Shown here one piece after another: positions 52,490-60,752 of a DNA stretch of 64,000 bases. Position 1 is the stretch's first letter, and every line of letters starts with the position of its first letter. The DNA is from an uncultured Verrucomicrobiae bacterium. Lineage in GTDB: Bacteria; Verrucomicrobiota; Verrucomicrobiia; Chthoniobacterales; UBA10450. The notes beneath the pieces were generated by a model. That model ran no database searches and was not told the DNA's origin. It saw nothing but the letters and a program-made list of their open reading frames with translations. Position numbers and translations under genes: made by a program. Location of the stretch: NCBI GenBank assembly GCA_963815455.1, contig CAWFGO010000003.1, positions 733,782 to 797,781 on the forward strand, written 5' to 3'.

Positions 52490-53032
52490 ATGCAAGCAAC
52501 ACTCTTCGTCACCCTCATCATCGCAGCACTGCTCAAGTACGCGTGCGCCCAAACCGTCGTGGGCGATGACAGATTGCCGCCGGACAGCATCGAGTTGAAG
52601 CGAAATGATCCGCCAGCGACATCCACACCTTGGCAGTTACCGAAGCCAGGCGATCCTCATTACGACGCCGCAAAAGAAGCGGAGATAAAGAGAGAAAACG
52701 AACACAAAGATAAAGCTGTTACCCATCATCTCGTGCGCACATACGAGCGTGGCGTATTCAAAGGTTATGACACGCTTCAGTGGGGGGAACCTGCAAAGAA
52801 GATGGATGACCCGTTCACTCCAAATCCCAAGCTGCCCCCGGACGCAGTCGAGATTTCCTCAGCCGCACATCCAGACAAATCAGACTACTTTCCCAGTCGT
52901 CCAGAGAAGCGCCCTTGGAACGTTCCAGATGACTTCATCGCTGTGCGAGTTTTTCACCGCGGCAAACTGATTGGTTGGACTTTCATGCCGAAGGACGCAG
53001 TAGCCATGTTGCACAAACCGAAGAAGACCTAA
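52490..53032 (+). CDS. Cassette 2: secreted hypothetical protein
   Basis: Signal peptide; stop codon lies in the attC2 inverse core. Confidence 0.8.
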   Translation: MQATLFVTLIIAALLKYACAQTVVGDDRLPPDSIELKRNDPPATSTPWQLPKPGDPHYDAAKEAEIKRENEHKDKAVTHHLVRTYERGVFKGYDTLQWGEPAKKMDDPFTPNPKLPPDAVEISSAAHPDKSDYFPSRPEKRPWNVPDDFIAVRVFHRGKLIGWTFMPKDAVAMLHKPKKT

Positions 53033-53150
53033 CCAATCAGTCGAGCTAACCGCCACCCGCTGTGCGATCCCTTTTTGATATGACCAGAACATCTTCACTT
53101 CGAGCACCGCTCGCCCTCGGTGGCGGTAGCTCACTTCTGTCTCGTTAGAC
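53027..53150 (+). other. attC2 (124 bp)
   Basis: ACCTAAC...GTTAGAC with arms GAGCTAACCGCCACC / GGTGGCGGTAGCTC. Confidence 0.93.
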
Positions 53151-53159
53151 GGATTAGCG

Positions 53160-53594
53160 ATGCGCTTCTCTAGCTTCACACTCTTCCTGACGGCCAGTCT
53201 AGCGTTTGGCACTGCATTGCGCGCGGGCGAGCCAGAGTGGCGTTTGACCAATCCAGCATACCTTTACCTTGAGGTTCACTATCAGGGCATCCCGGACAGC
53301 GCGCTTACTTGGCTCCAGCCGGCACGGAAGCGCGAGGGAGAATTTTGCGAAGCAATCGCACCAAATCAAACTGAGCCGGCGAAAGCGTTTAGTTTCTCAT
53401 TCCAGCGAGACACTCGGCAGGGTTACGAAGTAGTCTTCCGACCGATCGATCCCCAGTCACTGCTAGAGCATCACCCGGTCGACGGACCGGTTTCTACCGT
53501 TATTTTCCCGCGCTCGGAACGGAAACGTGTGCAAATAACGCCGAAGCTGTTTGTTGTTGGGTTTTACGGCGATCCGAAACTCGCGGGACATTGA
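53160..53594 (+). CDS. Cassette 3: secreted hypothetical protein
   Basis: Signal peptide (…TALRA|GE); fills the cassette. Confidence 0.8.
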   Translation: MRFSSFTLFLTASLAFGTALRAGEPEWRLTNPAYLYLEVHYQGIPDSALTWLQPARKREGEFCEAIAPNQTEPAKAFSFSFQRDTRQGYEVVFRPIDPQSLLEHHPVDGPVSTVIFPRSERKRVQITPKLFVVGFYGDPKLAGH

Positions 53595-53610
53595 CTGTGG
53601 AAGAAAATCC

Positions 53611-53715
53611 GTCTAACCAGGCGCTGCAGCCAACGGCGACCGCTCGTTTGCCACACTTTAGACCAATGAACATTTGCTCTCGCCCGCGCCGTGGCTGAGC
53701 TTGAGCTCGTTAGAT
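53611..53715 (+). other. attC3 (105 bp)
   Basis: GTCTAAC...GTTAGAT with arms CAGCCAACGGCG / CGCCGTGGCTG. Confidence 0.92.
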
Positions 53716-53725
53716 CTTATCGCTC

Positions 53726-54403
53726 ATGCTGCTTCCGGTGATCCTCGCCTCCGTATCAGCGATGTCGTATCCGCCCGAGGGCTACGCACGCGAAGAGAGC
53801 TTTGACGCGCCGAAGCACACTTTTAAGGTCGAAAGCTGGCGCAAAGGCGATCAGGATCCCGGTGCTGCTTTGTGCGTCTGGATTGTTACGCCCGACAAGA
53901 CCAAAGCAGAACTACTAGTTGCACCCGGTGTGCTTACTCCCCTTTATTCCGTTCAGATTCACATATCGCCCGACGAGCACTGGATACTCTGGGAGGAGAA
54001 GCTTTATCATCCCGCAGACGCCTTTGGACTTTTCGAAAGAGTATCAGGCATCCACTTCCATGAAGTGGGGCCGCCCATTTTTAGCGAGCAGGCGTGGCAG
54101 TTCATGGGCCGTCAGACCCATCACAACTTCAAACTGGAAGATACTGACCACATTATGCGTGTTAGCGAGTGGCCCACTCCCGGAACGCGAGTTCGTCACC
54201 TAGCGCTCTACGGCGATTCGCAGCTTACACCCGTCACTACTCCCAATGATCATTCCTTGGCTATCTCTTTGTACGGCGATGACGGGACGATTCACGTCGA
54301 TCTGTGGTTCTGTTTCTACGATCTCGTGAAGCATCGCTTCTACTTGAACTCAGCACTCGAGAACCATAACAAAGGGAGAATTGGCCGGTCTCGTGAAAGG
54401 TGA
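53726..54403 (+). CDS. Cassette 4: probable secreted hypothetical protein
   Basis: 225-aa ORF that fills the cassette. Confidence 0.8.
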   Translation: MLLPVILASVSAMSYPPEGYAREESFDAPKHTFKVESWRKGDQDPGAALCVWIVTPDKTKAELLVAPGVLTPLYSVQIHISPDEHWILWEEKLYHPADAFGLFERVSGIHFHEVGPPIFSEQAWQFMGRQTHHNFKLEDTDHIMRVSEWPTPGTRVRHLALYGDSQLTPVTTPNDHSLAISLYGDDGTIHVDLWFCFYDLVKHRFYLNSALENHNKGRIGRSRER

Positions 54404-54404
54404 G

Positions 54405-54528
54405 ATCTAACCATGCGATGGAGCGAACGGCGGACCGCGGTACGTCCACATTTTGAGATGACTTCCACCCTTCCACTCCGAGCGACACGCGCCCTCGTCC
54501 GCCGTCGCTCATCTTGTTCTCGTTAGGC
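54405..54528 (+). other. attC4 (124 bp)
   Basis: ATCTAAC...GTTAGGC; nearly identical to attC5 and attC7. Confidence 0.94.
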
Positions 54529-54530
54529 CC

Positions 54531-55057
54531 ATGACCGCGCTTCACGTCTCAAACTGCCGCCGTGGCAGCCGCGGAAGCCATCATGGCTGGCTGTCGTGAC
54601 CGTATGCGCCGGCACTGTCGTCTTTTGGGCGTCGCATCTTATTGTCCCCGCGGTGGTTTTCAGCGTCTTGGCTGGTTTATGTTTCCTCGGGCTTTCTCCT
54701 GAGCCGTGACAGATTCCACGGCGGCAGGCCCTCGCCGCGCAACAGCCGCGACGCGGTGTGCACCTTCGCTCGTTCATTCGAGTTCCGCCAGACCGACACT
54801 TTCATCATGCGCGCTGTGTATGAGGAGCTTCAGCCGGTTGTATCCTTTCCCATTCGAGCATCGCACCGACTCATCGAAGACTTGCAGTCGACGATGAGGA
54901 CCTGCACTTCGACTACCTTCCCTCGATCGCGGCGAGGGTTGGCCGAGCACCCACCCACACCGAACAGAATCCGTACAACGGCCGGGTGGAGACCGTGGCC
55001 GATCTGATCCATTTCATGGCCGCACAACCAACGCATGAGACCACGCAAATGGCCTAA
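54531..55057 (+). CDS. Cassette 5: membrane hypothetical protein with several frameshifts
   Basis: Fragments in different frames: TM segment, CTFARSFE.RQTDT.IMRAVYEELQ and NPYNGRVETVADLIHF; ends at TAA in attC5. Confidence 0.65.
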
Positions 55058-55175
55058 CCATGCGATGGAGCGAACGGCGGACCGCTGTACGCTCCACTTT
55101 TGAGATGACTTCCACCCTTCCACTCCGAGCGACGCACGCCCTCGTCCGCCGTCGCTCATCTTGTTCTCGTTAGGT
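55052..55175 (+). other. attC5 (124 bp)
   Basis: GCCTAAC...GTTAGGT. Confidence 0.94.
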
Positions 55176-55177
55176 CT

Positions 55178-55969
55178 ATGCGTGCGCTCTTGGCGATCCT
55201 TTTGTTTCTTCTGCTCGCGGGTTGCGGACAAAAAGCTAAAGAAGTGCCGCCTTTTCAAATCATCGCCACAGATTCCGGATTCGAAGCGCCGGGCGGACTG
55301 GCGGCCGGTATGCGACATATTATTTTTGAGAATCGCGGCTCAAAAATTCACGAGGCCATGCTCGTCCGGCTGGCCAAGGGAATGACTCCCGACGATTACC
55401 AAGCAGAATTGAAAAAGGGCGAACAGTTTCCGAAAGGTGCACTCGATTATTCCGGACCAGGCTCCACTTCGCCCGGGCGAACCGCCGAGATGTGGTTGAA
55501 GGTTGATCCCGGGAATTACGTGCTGATTTGCTGGAACCACCCCAAGACCGTCAAGCTTCATCCGTTCACCGTAGAAGACGCGGGCGCCATCGACGATCAA
55601 CCACCCCCGGAAGATGTGGTGTTAAAGCTGATTGATTATCGATTCGAGCTGAGCCGGCCTTTAGGCAAAGGAACCCAGGTGATTCGGGTAGAAACGCCGG
55701 GTCCATCGATGCATGAGCTCGATTTCTTTCGCCTCCATGACGGTCAAACCGCGGCAGATGTGCATCGCTGGTCCAAGGGAAAGGACACCGACCAGGCACC
55801 CTTCGAGGCGCTCGGTGGCGCACTCGATAATCACGACATTACGCGCGTGGTCTGGCTGAGAAAGGAATTCACCCCGGGCCGCTACGTGTTGCATTGCGAA
55901 ATGCCGGTTGCCAACACCAAGCTCAGACACGACGACCTGGGGATGATACAGGAGATCGAGGTCAGATGA
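55178..55969 (+). CDS. Cassette 6: lipoprotein with two cupredoxin-like repeats
   Basis: Lipobox LAGC; repeats H.....PGNYVLICWNH and MHE....PGRYVLHCEMP...HDDLGM. Confidence 0.75.
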   Translation: MRALLAILLFLLLAGCGQKAKEVPPFQIIATDSGFEAPGGLAAGMRHIIFENRGSKIHEAMLVRLAKGMTPDDYQAELKKGEQFPKGALDYSGPGSTSPGRTAEMWLKVDPGNYVLICWNHPKTVKLHPFTVEDAGAIDDQPPPEDVVLKLIDYRFELSRPLGKGTQVIRVETPGPSMHELDFFRLHDGQTAADVHRWSKGKDTDQAPFEALGGALDNHDITRVVWLRKEFTPGRYVLHCEMPVANTKLRHDDLGMIQEIEVR

Positions 55970-55979
55970 ACACCAAAAG

Positions 55980-56102
55980 ACCTAACCACGCGCTGGAGCG
56001 AACCGGCAGCTGGCGCGAAGCTTAGTTTCAGATGATTAGAACAGTGATATTACAAGCAAAGCTCGGCGACGCTGCCGGTCGCTCAGCTTTGTCTCGTTAG
56101 GT
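55980..56102 (+). other. attC6 (123 bp)
   Basis: ACCTAAC...GTTAGGT with arms GAGCGAACCGGCAGC / GCTGCCGGTCGCTC. Confidence 0.93.
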
Positions 56103-56108
56103 GTCTCC

Positions 56109-56411
56109 GTGAGCGCCGCACCAAATAACGATGGCTTCACGAGTGCGGCGATCGTTTCTTTCTTCATTCTCATGCTGCTCGTAAATTGCATTTGGCTGCT
56201 ACTGAGACAGGAGCGGCTGGCGAATGGCGGCAGGTGGTTCACATGGGACGAACTTCGTGATTTCAAGCAACTGGTTGCACGACAAACCGATCCTTCGAAG
56301 CGCAAGGCTTATATGATTATGCGTTACCTCCTTCTCGTTTGTATTGCGCTTATGTTTGTTATTCCCATACTACTCCTTGGCATAGGCTATATATGGTTTC
56401 ACCTGCATTGA
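56109..56411 (+). CDS. Cassette 7: small two-TM membrane protein
   Basis: Fills the cassette. Confidence 0.75.
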   Translation: MSAAPNNDGFTSAAIVSFFILMLLVNCIWLLLRQERLANGGRWFTWDELRDFKQLVARQTDPSKRKAYMIMRYLLLVCIALMFVIPILLLGIGYIWFHLH

Positions 56412-56537
56412 GATTGATCGCCGAACATCTAACCATGCGATGGAGCGCCTATGAGGGTTGTCAACCGTGGAACGGGTATTGTTTGTTTTTCTTTAGTTTT
56501 TTCCTTTCCCGGTTTTTCCAATCTTTAGTGGTTTGAT

Positions 56538-56740
56538 CCGCAGGGTGCAGCTTCCCTCTGTCGTGTTGTCTCGCCGGGGCGAGTCAACAGCTCCTATTCG
56601 AGCATCGCTTTTGTTGTGCGAGCCCATGATGTCGTGCCTGACTTTGGGAAGCCGCTTTGGGCGGAACGCGCCCCATCTAAGCGATGATCCCTTCGTTTCA
56701 AAGGACCAGCTCCAGCGCCGAGCAGCGTTCCACCCTGCGG
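56538..56740 (-). ncRNA. Predicted bridge/seek RNA of the IS1111 element
   Basis: 10-bp closing stem CCGCAGGGTG/CACCCTGCGG. An internal loop carries GCGCTGGAGC (attC match); ATAGGAG matches the predicted circle junction. Folded by eye. Confidence 0.7.
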
Positions 56741-56799
56741 CCAAATCAAACTTTGCTTGGAAGTTCCGTTTCGTAAAAGCTGAGGGTTAAATCTGTTTG

Positions 56800-57921
56800 T
56801 TAGGGTTTCACCTGGGATGTAGACAGGCTCCAGCCCAGTTCGGCGGCACTGGCCCGGCCGGTTCGCCAGCGCCAGATGTCTATGGCGAGTTGCCGGGCCA
56901 GGGCCACTGCGATTTTCTTTTTCAGCGAGGCGCCGTGCCTTAATTTCTCCAGATATTTCTGACGAGCATGCCAATTAGGCTGCCAGCGAAGAAGTCGCCA
57001 GACCGCCTCGACCAGGAGCGTGCGCAAATGTTTGTTGCCGTGCCGGTCGATGCTTCCAAAACGCTGGATCCCGGCTGAACTGTATTCGCTAGGACAACAC
57101 CCAGTGTAACTGCCCACGGCTTTGCGATGCTTGAAGCGTTGCCAATCGCACACCTCCCCGTCGATCAGCGATACCGTTAGCGCACCCAATCCCGTCGGGA
57201 TTTTTTCTTCCCTCACCAGCGCTTCAATCTCCTGGGTCAACCGATCCAATTGCGCTTTGGCCGCTCGGATCTGTTCCATGACCGGTTCAAGCTGCCCGCG
57301 CACAAACTCGCTGCACTGCGGCCCGATTCGTTTCCACTTCCGCGGTCCGCCCCACCCAGCCTCCAGCGTCTCATGCTCGTGCTCGATCCGCAGCGCACGC
57401 CCGTGATTCTCCAGCCGCCGCACTTGGCGTTTCCAAAACTCCCGCTGCCGCCCCAGCTCCCGCCGTTGTTGCTCCGCCCGGCTCGGGATTCGGATTGGTC
57501 TTAATTCCTCTCTCTGCCCATCCAGGTAACGGCTCAATCGCACACACAACTCGCGCGCATCCATCCGGTCGTTCTTCCGCCGCCGCTCCAAATTTAATCG
57601 CATCGGGGTCGTCCCGACGCTCTTTGCTCCCGCTTGAGTTAATTGCTCGTGCAACGTGTACCCAAATCCGCAGCATTCCCACACCGCGTAGACCACATCG
57701 CCTACACCCACTTTTTGCTTCACCCACTCGAGCAACTGCTCGCGAGTATACTTCCGCGCCGGCCCAATCGTTCCCCGCCCACACTGGATCGCCACCACCA
57801 TAAAACGCAGGTCCACGTCCAGCCCAAGCTTCCACACCCGCCTCACTGCCCCATTGCCAGGGGCGCTTGAATTGTTAAACTTCTCTCCGCCATGAAGGGT
57901 TGTTGTTGTTTTGTTTTTCAT
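56800..57921 (-). CDS. IS110-family DEDD transposase/recombinase
   Basis: LGLDVD, ECCGFG, KNDRMDA and YTGCCPSEYSSAG...GNKHLRTLLVEA. Confidence 0.95.
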   Translation of the reverse strand: MKNKTTTTLHGGEKFNNSSAPGNGAVRRVWKLGLDVDLRFMVVAIQCGRGTIGPARKYTREQLLEWVKQKVGVGDVVYAVWECCGFGYTLHEQLTQAGAKSVGTTPMRLNLERRRKNDRMDARELCVRLSRYLDGQREELRPIRIPSRAEQQRRELGRQREFWKRQVRRLENHGRALRIEHEHETLEAGWGGPRKWKRIGPQCSEFVRGQLEPVMEQIRAAKAQLDRLTQEIEALVREEKIPTGLGALTVSLIDGEVCDWQRFKHRKAVGSYTGCCPSEYSSAGIQRFGSIDRHGNKHLRTLLVEAVWRLLRWQPNWHARQKYLEKLRHGASLKKKIAVALARQLAIDIWRWRTGRASAAELGWSLSTSQVKP

Positions 57922-58078
57922 ACAACGCGTGTGCCCGTTTTGCCCACGCTTTTCAACCCTTCATGGCATCTAACGGCGGACCGTTGTACGCTCCACTCTT
58001 GATATGACTTCCACACTTCAACTCCGAGCGCCGCGCCCCCTCCTCCGCCGTCGCTCATCTTGTTCTCGTTAGATCTCG

Positions 58079-58390
58079 ATGCGCCTTCCCAGATTTCGAT
58101 ACGTCATTCTGCTGGCGATTATTGTCGGTGCAGTTTTGCCGGTGCTTATCATGGTCGGACTTTGGCTGCACATTTTTAGCTTCGCTGGAGAGCGACTGTT
58201 CTACTTTTGGCCTAGTTCGGTCCTGCTGATGGCCATGGAGCCGGGTCACACGGCTCAGGTTTTCAGCGTGCTTGGCTTGAGCATTGCGATCAATGTTTTG
58301 CTGTATCTCGTTGTCCTTACAGTGTTCTGGAGCTTCTGGTGGATTTTCCATCGATGGCGCGCTTCGTTGCGTGATGGAACAACGATCTAA
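58079..58390 (+). CDS. Cassette 8: small membrane protein
   Basis: Hydrophobic ORF; its stop lies in the attC8 inverse core. Confidence 0.78.
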   Translation: MRLPRFRYVILLAIIVGAVLPVLIMVGLWLHIFSFAGERLFYFWPSSVLLMAMEPGHTAQVFSVLGLSIAINVLLYLVVLTVFWSFWWIFHRWRASLRDGTTI

Positions 58391-58509
58391 CCAATCAGTC
58401 GAGCTAACCGCCACCCGCCGTACGCTCCGCGCGACAACATGACTACTGACCACCGACTACGGACCACGCTCGCTCTCGGCGGCGGTCGCTCAGCTTGTTC
58501 TCGTTAGAT
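58385..58509 (+). other. attC8 (125 bp)
   Basis: ATCTAAC...GTTAGAT; the left arm is nearly identical to attC2. Confidence 0.93.
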
Positions 58510-58510
58510 A

Positions 58511-58885
58511 TTGAACCCCGCGGACTCGGGTAAACGCCCGTTTGTGGGAGGTCAGCCGACGTCCTTACCGTGCCGCTTTGGTTCGGCCCAAATAGAAGGC
58601 GATCGAAGCTGGGATCCCAATGAATACGACAAGAAAACCGATTACGAGCATATGTTCACATTTAGCACCAATCGTGCCTTTGTTACAACTGTGTTACAGT
58701 TGTGTGACGATCATGTAAACAAAAATCGTCGATTAAGTGAAGATTTTTCGGCCGCGTCCGAAAACGGCTGGCCCAGCCATCCGATAACGGATTCAACCCA
58801 ACAACCTAGCCAACAAGGTAAGAGGAAACACGGGGCCAGCTCCGAAAGTGTTCGCTCCGCCACGATGGTATCCCCGCCTGAATAA
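58511..58885 (+). CDS. Possible terminal cassette remnant with no attC
   Basis: TTG start 1 nt after the last core; weak coding character. Confidence 0.3.
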   Translation: MNPADSGKRPFVGGQPTSLPCRFGSAQIEGDRSWDPNEYDKKTDYEHMFTFSTNRAFVTTVLQLCDDHVNKNRRLSEDFSAASENGWPSHPITDSTQQPSQQGKRKHGASSESVRSATMVSPPE

Positions 58886-58972
58886 AGTTCGTCACCGCGA
58901 GGACGCGCTCACCAGACACGCCAAACGCCCGAACCGGCGGGCAGGCGGTGCGCTACCCTGAACTACGGCAGC

Positions 58973-59980
58973 TTAGCGGCTGCCGGTTCGCGCGCCGGGC
59001 GTCGGGCTGGGCCGGGATTTTGTTTTCGTGCTTTTGTGTACGGTGATGGTGGCTTCGCCGGCCGCTTGTTCTTCAGAAGATTTCTTGCTGCCGCGCCAGA
59101 TCAGACGCCACGGCTCCGCTTTTATGGTCTCGCTGAATTCCTTGATGTTCGCGCCGACCGGTTCGAGATCGCGCATCGTAATTTTTAATTTTTCCGACGA
59201 GTCCCGGAAGTTATCGAGCGTCACGGCGAGATTATTGTTGGCCGAGAGGTCGTTGCTGATTTTTTCTATGTTCCTGAGCGAGACCGAAAGCGGGCTGTCC
59301 GGCGCGGAAAGATCGACAAGGTGCTCGCCGAACTTCTTGAACTGAACCAGGGCAAGGTTGAGCTCGGAATTCTGCTCGGTGATACGGCTGAGATTTTGCG
59401 CCGTGGTCTCCAGCTCTTTCATGGTGGAGGTCGCTTCGGCCGCGACCGGCTTGATGATTTCGAGCATCTTGGACGCCGCTTCGCTAAAATCCGGGGTGCG
59501 TTCGCCGGCGAAAATCTCGCCGTCGTGGGCCTGCCCTGACGCCTCGGTGCCCTGGGTGAAGTCGATCGCCATTTCGCCGAGCAAGCCGAGCTGCATCAGG
59601 CGCGCGTAGGCATCGCGATAAACGATCCCGCTCTTGTCCACCTGGACGTCGATGCGTGCTTCATATTTCGGTTTGCCATCGGGCCGCGCCGGCGTCGCGC
59701 CTGCCTCCGGTTTACGATAAACAGCGGCGGCTTCCTGCGCCCGCTGCTCTTCTTCACGCGACACGGGCGAGAACAATTTTGAAACCTGGCCGATCTTTCG
59801 TCCGGCCAGCATGACCGGCGCCCCCAGTTTAATTCCGGCGGCGTTATCGACGTAAATTCGATAGGTCACCAGCGGGCGGAAAAGCCCGGGCGCGCCGAGA
59901 AGGATGAGCACAAACGCGAGCGCGGCCACGGTGCCGACCACGAGCAGTCCGGTCATTATTTCATTTCGTCGTAATTGCAT
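58973..59980 (-). CDS. mlaD: MCE/MlaD family protein
   Basis: N-terminal TM segment, AAGIKLGAPVMLAG.KIGQV and GLLGEMAID. Confidence 0.88.
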   Translation of the reverse strand: MQLRRNEIMTGLLVVGTVAALAFVLILLGAPGLFRPLVTYRIYVDNAAGIKLGAPVMLAGRKIGQVSKLFSPVSREEEQRAQEAAAVYRKPEAGATPARPDGKPKYEARIDVQVDKSGIVYRDAYARLMQLGLLGEMAIDFTQGTEASGQAHDGEIFAGERTPDFSEAASKMLEIIKPVAAEATSTMKELETTAQNLSRITEQNSELNLALVQFKKFGEHLVDLSAPDSPLSVSLRNIEKISNDLSANNNLAVTLDNFRDSSEKLKITMRDLEPVGANIKEFSETIKAEPWRLIWRGSKKSSEEQAAGEATITVHKSTKTKSRPSPTPGARTGSR

Positions 59981-60752
59981 CTTGGCTGCCTTCCAGAATG
60001 GGACCTTCGGTGCTGCCGCTCAAGAACTGAGCGACGACCGGGTTTTGCGATTGTTTGAATTTCTCGGGCTCGGCATCTTCAATGATTTTTCCCTGGTATA
60101 ACATAGCCATTCGCGTGCCGATGCGAAAGGCGCTGCCCATGTCGTGGGTCACTATAATCGAAGTCACTTTCGATTTCTCGGTGAGACTGATTATTAATTC
60201 GTCGATGACCGCGGTGATCACGGGGTCGAGCCCGGCGGATGGTTCGTCGAACAGGATCAGTTCCGGCTCGAGAACGAGAGCGCGGGCCAGGCTCACGCGT
60301 TTCCGCATACCGCCGCTTAACTCCGAGGGCATTTGTTCTCGCGCTTCCAGCATGCCGACGAGCTCGAGTTTGTGATCGACAATTTCATCAATTTCTTTGC
60401 GCGATTTATCGGTCAATTCCTCGAGCGGTAAAGCGACGTTTTCCCGCACGTTGCGCGAGCTCAATAGCGCGGAGTATTGATAAACCATTCCGATGTTCTG
60501 ACGGACCTGTTGCAACTTTCGCCGGCGCAGCCGGGTGACTTCGAATTGTTTAAAGAACACCGAGCCTGCGTCGGGTTGAAGAATTCCCAGAATAAGCCGC
60601 AGAATGGTGCTTTTGCCGCTGCCGCTTTGGCCCATTACGACCAGCCGATCGCATGAGTTCACATCGAGCGACATGTCGTCGAGCACTTTCTTTTCCTCGA
60701 ACTGCTTGGTCACATCGCGCAGCTCAACCACGTGGGAATTGGTCGCGTTCAC
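59961..60752 (-). CDS. mlaF: MlaF-type ABC transporter ATPase
   Basis: GQSGSGKS, LSGGMRKRVSLARA and DEPSAGLDP. Confidence 0.92.
   Translation of the reverse strand: MNATNSHVVELRDVTKQFEEKKVLDDMSLDVNSCDRLVVMGQSGSGKSTILRLILGILQPDAGSVFFKQFEVTRLRRRKLQQVRQNIGMVYQYSALLSSRNVRENVALPLEELTDKSRKEIDEIVDHKLELVGMLEAREQMPSELSGGMRKRVSLARALVLEPELILFDEPSAGLDPVITAVIDELIISLTEKSKVTSIIVTHDMGSAFRIGTRMAMLYQGKIIEDAEPEKFKQSQNPVVAQFLSGSTEGPILEGSQDAITTK

Larger units (their letters stand above)
56448..57971 (-). mobile_element. IS110-family element, IS1111 type, inserted in attC (1524 bp)
   Basis: Sub-terminal inverted repeats ATGA(A)GGGTTG lie 7 nt from the left end (57971) and 3 nt from the right end (56448). The long non-coding region is 3' of the transposase. 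Confidence 0.93.
56427..58074 (+). other. attC7, split by an IS (halves 56427-56447 and 57972-58074)
   Basis: Joining the halves gives a 124-bp attC colinear with attC4/attC5, with no target duplication. Confidence 0.93.
50929..58509 (+). mobile_element. Chromosomal integron: intI followed by eight cassettes with attC sites, all on the + strand
   Basis: Integron integrase plus eight RYYYAAC...GTTRRRY palindromes. The leading core of each cassette complements its own trailing inverse core. Confidence 0.95.

Noticed and set aside
52364..58509. Repeat-spacer pattern read as a CRISPR array
   Set aside because: The repeats are 105-125-bp attC palindromes, the intervening sequences are whole genes, and no cas genes are present.
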